This document shows, piece by piece, positions 20,001 through 29,500 of a stretch of DNA of 58,578 nt. The notes under the pieces were generated by a model that saw only the letters and a list, made by a program, of their open reading frames with translations, ran no database searches and had not been told where the DNA came from. The stretch's first letter is position 1, and every line of letters starts with the position of its first letter. The translations under genes were made by a program, and so were the position numbers. Source of the DNA: a virus (Duplodnaviria; Caudoviricetes); the IMG/VR virus record IMGVR_UViG_3300008107_000057, positions 1 to 58,578 of that record. One strand, given 5' to 3'.

Positions 20001-23000
20001 ACCCAACTGTGCAAATCACTGGTATTGTTCCGGGTGCAGCCGCAGGCGAAGTTGCATTCTCAAGCCCATTTGTGCAAAATCAATATGCCAACAGAATCGT
20101 TGTAGCTACCCAAAATCAGCTTTTCACCGAAAATGCTGTGGTACGTTACGAAAATAGAGGCGGTGTTGATATTGGCTCTGGTACTGTTGGTTTCCCAGGT
20201 TTAGTCAATAACAAGAGTTATATTGTTAGAAACGTAGTAAACGATATTGCATGGTCCGTTAGTGGATTACTATCGGCTGCTACATCAACTGCTACTTCAT
20301 TGACCATTACCACAGCAGTTGGTCTAAATATCGGCGATACTATTAAAGTTGGCAACGAGTACATTTATATTAGCAACATTGTCAGTCAAACACTAACAGT
20401 GATTAGAGGTTTTAGAGGAACTACAGCCGGTGACATACAAGAAGCAACCGCAGTTGAAAAATTATACGGTAGCTTCCAGTTGTTTGATACCACACAGGGC
20501 GCACAACGTACATTCTCGACTGGTGCAGCTGATGCAACCAACGATTTCTTTACGTTAGTTAATCATAATCTAAGAACCGGTGATACAGTTGCAATTTCTA
20601 GCACCGCAGCTGGTACAATTGCTGCCTTCGGTGGTGTGGCAATTTCATTAGTTGGTGCCTCAGTTTACTATGCGTTGGTGTATAACAACAACGAATTTGC
20701 CTTGGCATTTACACCTGCACTAGCATATGCACAATATCCATTGGATATTACAGCAGCAGGTACAGCATGGACATTTGTTCACTACTACAGTTCGATTCCG
20801 TTACAGGGCCTAGCATCTAGCACAGTAGGTAATCACACACTAGAGGACGTTTCTTCAACAGGCACACTGGACGGCGGGTATCAAGTTGTATCTACTACAG
20901 CTACTACCTTTAATCTAGCAACAAATACTACAGTTCCTGTAAGAGAGTTTAAATTTGAACCCGCTGATTATCTAAACATGTTAACTGGCGAATTTATAAT
21001 TCCTAATCATGGTTATATCACTGGTGGCAAAGTAACATACAGCAAAGGTGCATTGGTATATGCAATCGGTGAAGGCCTTGCTGCTGATGTTCCACCTAGC
21101 GGATACAATGCTCTTACAAACAACGCCGCATACTATACTATTAGAACTGGTATTGATTCCTTCCAGTTAGCTACTACCAAAGCTAACGCATTGGCAAATA
21201 TTCCAATTCGTAGATATGCCACATTAGGCAGTACTGGTGCTCATACATTTACTAGTTCATTGGTATATGGAGAAAGTCTAGCACAAGGTCTAGCAACAAT
21301 TGTTGCACGTGACGTTGTTGTCAACGGTTCTTTAAACACTGTTGTTTCAGCAGCTTCGGATAGAATTATTTCTACTGCACACGGTCTAATTACTGGTGAC
21401 CGCGTAACATATCGCGTATGGGCCGGTGGTCGTGTAATTAACGGTCTAGTTGACGGGCGTCAATACTTTGTTAACAACTCCGTAAACACAGGCCCTCGTG
21501 GCGGTGCACAAACCGGCCAATCAGCCAACCAATTCTCCTTGCATAACAGCTGGGTTGGTTCATATACCAACTCTGACCTAGTTGACATGTCCGGAGTAGG
21601 TTCAGGCACTGTTCACCAATTTAAAGTATCGAACCCAACATTAGTTGGTACGTTCTTCAAAGGCGAATGGAATGCAGCAGATACATATGTCTACGGTGAC
21701 ATGGTTATCTATAACGGTATGTATTGGATGAGTTTAGTTAATGCTAACGTTAACTTTGTTCCGGTGGCACTAACAACTGGACTCGATAACCTAGCTTGGA
21801 TGCGAGCTCCAACACTGCAAAACTACAGTACTAGATTCCTAGTCAGCTATAGAGGTGGTGATAACATTAAGTTAAGCAATCAGCTTATTCGCAGAACACT
21901 GATCATTGACGGTTCAAGTGCATCTCGTGTTATTACAGTAGATAACCGTATTAACTTTGCCACAGCACACAACCTAAAAACAGGTGATGCAGTTCGTTAT
22001 AACATTAGTGCTCCGGGTGGTAGTCATCAAGGTGCGACACCAGCAACTGGTGCTTATTCCAACTTTGTTGGAACCACTGGGGTTCCTCAGACACCTATTG
22101 GTGGTCTAGTAGCCAACAGAACTTACTATGTTAACGTACAAGGTTCTACAGATATTACTCTGCATGACACACTAGCAGGCGCTATCGAAGGCGGTTCTGG
22201 TGATACAGGTAACTTTGTAACTGCTGTTAACTTGACCGCAGTTGGTACTGGTACTATACATAGATTTGACTTGATAGAAAATGTTACCTACACAATGAAC
22301 ATCTTGTCGGTGACCAATGACAGAGAAATGATCGTCAGTGATCCATATCCAGCTAAGTCAATTCAATTCAACCCACAAGGTAGTTTTACAACAGTAGCCA
22401 ACCTGATAACAGACACTGTAGATATTCCAGAAAACGAAATTTACATTGCGAATCACGGTCTAGATACCTGCGTTAAGGTATACTACTCAGTGGGTCCAGT
22501 TGGTTCTGGTACTGCTATGGGCGGTTTAGTTGACGGTACTGCATACTATGTTATCAAGTCCGACGAAGACAGTTTTGCACTAGCAACAACAGTTACCAAC
22601 GCATTGTTAAACATTAGAATTGATATCACCTCAACTGGTACTGGTTTCCAACACTACTTTATCGCAGCAACAGCGGCCGGTTCAAGTCAGCTACGCTATG
22701 ATAACGCCGGAGCATTTACGACTACTGCTCCAAGTGGTACATTGTACTACACCGGTCAAATTGGTGCTAACATCCGTGACGGTGTATTAACAGCATTGCC
22801 AATTATCCAAGAAACACAGGTATATGTTCGTCCAGATTGTATCAACGTTCACAGACCGTTTGACGGCGGTGTTGAAATTAACGCTTCGACTAGTCCGGGA
22901 GTTTCGATTACTAGACAGACTCGTAAGTATTTCCGTTATCAATCTGGTAAAGGTCTACAATACTCAACCGGTATTAACTTTAGCCCAAGTATTGACGTTG

Positions 23001-25371
23001 CTAGAATCACACACGATGGCACAACTTATGCCACAGTTAAGACACGTAGACCACATAGATTAACTGTAAACAGCAAGATTATGATTGAGAATGTAGAAGC
23101 CAAAGACGAGTACACAGCAGTCAAATGTGAGCGTGACTTAGCTTACTTCATTGATGGTGTGCGTTATGACATTACATTGGGAACTAACTACAATGCAGTG
23201 TTCTTGGGTCTAGCAGAAGTTAATACTCTAGATTTTAGTGCTACTGTTGTGACAGCAATCAATAATACAAAAACATTGGTTGCAGCATTACCAAACGTTG
23301 CAGCAAGTGCAACAGCTACTAGCCGTTCAAATGCTTTCTTTACAGAAGTGTTAGACATTGCTACTAACGGTCGTGCTAATGCAGATGCGGTAACATTCAC
23401 AAATCCAGGCACAGCAACAGCAAGTCAAATTGCTGCCAAAGACAGAATTGCAGCCAACAAGGCGTTTATTGCAGCTGAAATTAATGCTTGGATTGCAGGC
23501 ACATACCCAACTGCAACCCACGATGTTGCTAAATGTACTCGTGACGTAGGTTATGCATTAAATGCACTAGCATACGACATATTGTATGGCGGCAATAGTG
23601 CAACAGTCAACAGGCAGCATTCTTCTTCTACTTTGATAGTTCTGGTGTATCCGGCATTTATACCCAGGATAAGACACAAACTGTTGCAGCCTATAACAGA
23701 TTGCAGGCAATTATCAGTCAAGTTGTTCAGAACCAAGCTATTACTGGCGGCTTTGGAAATCCAAGTGGAAAGTCAACAGGCAATGCATTGACACAAGACA
23801 CAACCGGCACAGCAGCAAGTGCAGGAGATGGCAGCATATTACAGACACTGGTACAGATTACAGAAGATGTAATTAATTCAGACAGCCAGTTAATTGCAAT
23901 CAGCGGATTACCGGCCATTGTTTATCCAAACGTAGCATGGGCACTTGATGAGTTAGAAACTGCAAAAACTGCTATCGAAGCAGCGAAAGACTCAATTATC
24001 GCCAACGTTGTACGCGGTGCACCATACTCACAGCCAGCAGGAGGCGGCGAGTACTTTGTTATAAACAACATCATCGATGACTTTACTTTCCGTTATGCAA
24101 CGAACGGTGTGCCAATTAATCTAGCACCAAGTGGATTCCCTAGCTTGTTTGTACATAGCTGGACTGATGCTGTGGTACGTGCTGGTGTATTTGATGATCA
24201 AAACGGTATTTTCTATGAATATGACGGCAAGCATCTAAATGCTGTTCGTAGAAGTTCAACAGCACAATTGGGCGGAACAGCGTCATCAACAAGCGGTTCT
24301 AGAAAGCTAACTGGTACAGATACTAACTGGACTAAGCAGCTACGTGCAGGTGATAGAATTGTTGTTCGCGGTCAACCACTAAAAGTTGTAGCGGTAATCA
24401 GCGACACAGAAATACACTTCCAGCCAACATATAGAGGTTCGTCAAGAAGTGGTATCGTTATTACTAAGACGTTGGATCTAAAAATTCCAAGTTATAGATG
24501 GAACAAGGATACCTGCGACGGCAACGGACCAACTGGCTTTAACCTAAACATTCACAGAATGCAGATGGCCTATGTTGATTATAGCTGGTACGGTGCAGGT
24601 AAAGTACGCTATGGTTTCAAGGGACCTGACGGTAAGGTATTCTATGCACATGAGTTAATTCATAACAACGTTGAAATCGAAGCCTACATGCGTTCTGGTA
24701 ACTTGCCAGCTCGCTATCAGATCGAAAACGGCGCGGCCCCAACATTTGCTCCAAGCTTGTACCACTGGGGTGCTTCGATGATCATGGACGGCGGATTTGA
24801 AGACGACAAGGCATATTTGTTCACTGTTGCTTCTGGTTCTGCTGGTAACGACACTGTTACAATTAACCAGGCATTAGCTGGAAGTCCAGTTCCAATCTTA
24901 AGCCTACGTTTAGCTCCTTCCGTAGATAGCGGCCTAGTTGGCGCATTGGGCGATCGTGACATTATCAACCGTATGCAGATTGCACTTGACTCTGTTGGTG
25001 TTGTGGTTTCTAACGCAACTTCTAGACCAGCTTCGTTTAGACTTGTACTAAACGGTGCTCTAGCACAACAAGCATACTTTGCTAACTATGGTAGTCCATC
25101 GTTGACACAGATTATCAAGCACACCGGTGCAGCCAATGACACAGTTGTTGGCGGTACAACACTGTTTGAATTCCGTGCGCTAGCAACAGTTACAGGTAAC
25201 GTGACAGCGCAAGATTTGTCACAGTTGGTCGAAATTGGTAACAGTTTACTTGGTGGTGATTATGTATTCCCGAACGGGCCAGACGTAATTACACTAGTTT
25301 GTGTGCCAAGAGATACTACAGCAGCGACAGCAGTAACTGCTCGATTTACCTGGAAAGAATCACAGGCTTAA
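17066..25371 (+). CDS. giant virion appendage protein (about 2768 aa if joined), interrupted by a -1 frameshift near 23599-23615
   Basis: ORFs 17066..23791 and 23701..25371 together align end to end with paralog 26534..32083 (DFEYGLQ.TKW, HRPFDGGV, KY.RYQSGKG, VRAG.FDDQNGIF.EY, YSWYGAG, EAYMR.GNLP.RY, FPNGPDV, W.E.QA). The second frame is open from 23599. Confidence 0.75.
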
Positions 25372-25381
25372 TGGTAAGATT

Positions 25382-25413
25382 AAAAAGCCCCACAGAAATG
25401 TGGGGTTTTTTTT
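25382..25413 (+). terminator. rho-independent terminator
   Basis: CCCCACA-GAAA-TGTGGGG hairpin with a long T-tract, directly after the giant gene. Confidence 0.85.
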
Positions 25414-25456
25414 ATTTTCTTGTTCGATAAATAATACGACAAGGTAAAAACTCATT

Positions 25457-26521
25457 ATGGCACAACGGGAAGTAATAACATCACGACTTAGAATTTTGCC
25501 GGTTGGTTTAAAAGACCTCCGACAGGGATTCCGCGGCGAAATCACCTACGATTACGAGAAGGACACTCTCAGACTATATAACGGTGAAGATCGCGGAGGA
25601 TTTGAACTTCTAAGAGCAGATCTATCAAACATTGGTGGCGGTTCCACATCGCTGACCCTAGGTACAATTACTGCACTTACTGCGTTTCAAGGTAAATTAA
25701 TTACCAATCAAACGCAGGGCATTGATTTCAATAATCTTGCAGGCCTAGCTACCCGATTGTCTGTAGATGCAACTAATTTTAAAATTCAGTCAACTGCAAA
25801 TGTGCAGAGTATTCGCATTGAAAATTCCACAGGCCTAGGCAAGCTTGAAATAACACAATCAGGTAATATCGATATTCAAGCCACTGATAAAGTTACCATT
25901 GAAGGTATTAGTTTCAAAGGCACTGAAATCGACACCACCGACTCGACCACGCTAAATATTGTTCCAGTAGCTAATTTTAGATCAAATATTACTTTTGCAG
26001 GAACGTTACTGCCTGCAATAACCAATACTGTATCTTTAGGATCTAGTTCAAAGAAATTTACCAAAGCGTGGATTGGCACAGGCGGTATTGACATTGACTC
26101 AGCACAGCTTTTAAAAGCTGCAAGTGGAAAGATTTTTTCATCAACAGGTTTTGAAACTGCAATTGGATTTGATGTAAGTGGTGGTATTAACATTAGAGAA
26201 ACAACGTACAATGGAACAACAGTTACAGGTAACACTTTCTTATCAACATCATCGGCTGCTACTAGCGGCGGAGCCGGTCAGTTGATTATTCAAACCTCTA
26301 ATCCACTATCAGTTGACAGACGATATGCGTTAGTTCCAGCGGTAAACAATCAATATACTTCAGGTAGCCCGTCGTTTAGATGGAAGGCTACATATACCAC
26401 AGAAGTAAAATACAATGACGGTACTACACAAACAACAGCACCTGAAACAAATCCTTTAGTTTCAACTAAGGTATACACAAACAGAAGAGCAACTGCATTG
26501 GCAATTGCATTAGGTGGATAA
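25457..26521 (+). CDS. tail fibre-like virion protein
   Basis: GEITYD..KDTLRLYNG...GGFELLRADLSN fibre N-terminal motif, LG.SS..F/W repeats, DGTTQTTA; ends ALAIALGG. TAAATA at 25428-25433. Confidence 0.6.
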   Translation: MAQREVITSRLRILPVGLKDLRQGFRGEITYDYEKDTLRLYNGEDRGGFELLRADLSNIGGGSTSLTLGTITALTAFQGKLITNQTQGIDFNNLAGLATRLSVDATNFKIQSTANVQSIRIENSTGLGKLEITQSGNIDIQATDKVTIEGISFKGTEIDTTDSTTLNIVPVANFRSNITFAGTLLPAITNTVSLGSSSKKFTKAWIGTGGIDIDSAQLLKAASGKIFSSTGFETAIGFDVSGGINIRETTYNGTTVTGNTFLSTSSAATSGGAGQLIIQTSNPLSVDRRYALVPAVNNQYTSGSPSFRWKATYTTEVKYNDGTTQTTAPETNPLVSTKVYTNRRATALAIALGG

Positions 26522-26533
26522 CGGAATAATAAA

Positions 26534-29500
26534 ATGGCAAAACAACTACTAAAAAAATATAGCTTTAAACCCGGAGTTTCATATCTAGGTAATTTAAAGC
26601 CTAATGCTTACGAGTTAATCCTCGCAAATAAAACATATCTTAAAAAAGAAGTAACTGCATTTTTAAATGCTCAAGTTTTAGCCGGCGCAAACGGATTTGT
26701 AGGGTACACATTCAGTGATGTAAAATGTGAAAGAGATACTAATTATGTTCTTGATGCATATTTGTTTGATCTACGATACGGCGGCAATGAAGAGACTCGT
26801 CGTGTAGCAAGCAAGTACTGGGATGGTGATGTTCCTCAAATCGACGGCGATCGAATTGCAGAAGTTGTAGGACATACTTTTTTACGTAATCTAATCAACA
26901 ATTATATCTTAACTAACACAGCAGCACCTTCTTATCAAGCTGTTGTTCCGCAGGTAATCGATTTAACTAAAACAAGAGAAACAGATGCAGTGTCCCGAAT
27001 TACTGCACTTTCTGGAATTCTTATTCAGGTTATCCAGTCCGGCACATCAGTTTTGCCAGCAGAAGTAACAGGCGTTAGTCGTATTAAGATTCCAAAGAGA
27101 TACGAGCAGGCAAATGTTTTATTAATTACCAATACAACTAAAAATGAAATTATCTACGATTTTAGTGATCCAGCAGCCGGCGCAACTATTGCATTCTTCC
27201 GCGAAACAACCGCCGAGTTTCCAAGACTATTAGAGTGGGCGCAGGGTTATACTGTATTAACATTGTATTACGATACACGCACCATGTTAGCCACAGACGA
27301 TATTCAAATCTTTGTGGACGAAGAATATCAAATCACTAGACCTTATAAATTTGGCACAGATGCCATGGAACGTATGAGAGTTGGCATACCACAGGCCATG
27401 CTTGATGCTGACTTTGAATATGGCCTACAACCAACTAAGTGGCAGGCTATTGCAACATCTAGGGGATATCCGTCGACCTACGAAATCCCAGGCAGTGATT
27501 TAATTGTTAGTCTTTGCGTCACTGACGCATCGACTGGTACAGCAGGTGTCGGTCCTAGTTTGATTACAGTAACCACAGTGTCTCCGCACTTTTTATCAGC
27601 AGGTACTCCGATTAGCATCAAGGCGTTGGCTAGCTCAGTATCGGGATTTAGCCGAGCAGAAGGAACATTCTTGGTTAATTCCGTTCCTTCTGAAAACACA
27701 TTTACATATTATGCAAAGTCTAGAGTAGGAACCATTAGCGGTTCACCGATTGCTACATCATATACTCAATTACGTTTGGCAGGATTTTACACTGGTGCTG
27801 CCCTAGGAAGTCCAACATTTTCAGTTGCAAGTCAAGGGTCGGCTGGTACAATCACAGCACTACTATCGAGCCCAACGGGTACAACTACTGTTGCATTTAG
27901 TGGAACCGCACCATTAGTAAGTAACCCAATTGCAACTGTTACTGCAAGATTTACAGGTAACTGTACAACTAGTACTGTATTAACCGTTACTGCAATTGCC
28001 ACAGGGGTGATTGTCAATGATCTAACTTTATCTGGCACCGGTGTTGCTAACGGTACAAAAATTACAAGTCAGTTAACTAGTACGGAAATTGGAAATACGC
28101 TAGGTGGTCGTGGAACTTATCAAATGAGCGGTTCTGCTCAGACTATTGCAAGTACTACTATTAGCGGTTCTTCGATTAACTTAGGCACACAGATTGCCAG
28201 CGTTACAGGCCCTGGTGGTACTATTGCTACTGTATATGCAAGCGTTAATGTGGAAATTGGTGCAACGGAAATCCCAGTAGTAAATGCAACTGGAGTTGTA
28301 CCTGGAGCAGTCATTGATAACGGCAGCGGAGCACCTATGGAAGTTAGCTCAGTTGTCGGTAATACAATTTACTTTCTAAGTCCACGCACAACAAGACTCA
28401 TTGGCGATGGCGGAATATACAATAATGTCGTTGGTACAAACGTTGTCCAAACGATCGATGACACTGCGGTGTTTAGTTTTACCAGCGGCGGTGGTTCGTA
28501 CAGTTTGTTATCAATCGATCAAACTGGTCAAGGATATAATATTAATGATACCATAGTTATTCCCGGATCGGATGTTACCTACTACACAACTACTGTACTA
28601 TTAGTACATTTTGATCAAAATCCAACTGGACCATACGCTCTTAGTGGTTTCTTAGATATTGCCAACGGAATCCAACCCACTATAACCGGTGCAGGAACAG
28701 ATGCCTTACTGAGTGAAAACATCAAAAGATTTGGACGCTCAAGTTTATTCTTAAATAATCCAACTACACTTGCAGCAACAGCCACTGGATATCTCGATTA
28801 TGCTATTAACAATAATTTTTTGTTTGTCTCCGGCGATTTTGAAATTGAAGCTCAGTTTTATCCAACAACACTAGGCACTGCAACATCTAAAACACTATTT
28901 GATTTTAGAGAGCAATCACCAGATGCAGCTATTACATTACGAATTAATTCGAGCAATAACCTAGTAATTACCATTGACGGTGTTGAAGTCATTGTCGGCG
29001 ATACTGTGTTAACTACTAATCAATGGTATCATATTGCTATTTCTAGAACCACTAATACACTAAGATTGTTTGTCAACGGTAGTCAAGAAGGCGCAAATTA
29101 TACTGACAACGTATCTTATCAGGCGCATACTAAAGTGCGTCTTGGTGCAGATTTTACAGGTGCTAGAGGCTTTGCCGGATATATTGACGAGTTTAGAATT
29201 AGAACAGTATCGACGCTTTACACTGGTTCATACACAGTACCGACAGTGCCTTACACACACGATGCACAGGGTAGTAGCGGCAACTCGATTACTCTGCGAG
29301 TAACAGCTACATTTAGTACGGGTGGTATTCAATCAGCAGCAGTTATTAGCGGAACACCTCCAGTAAATGGAGAAGCATACAGACAGTTGTCGACTGGTAT
29401 AGTTCAAATTCCGACTGGTATCAATGCTTCGTTCAATATTACTAGATCTGCCGGTACGTACTCTGGAATAGCTGTTTCATCTGGCGGGACTGGATACCTT

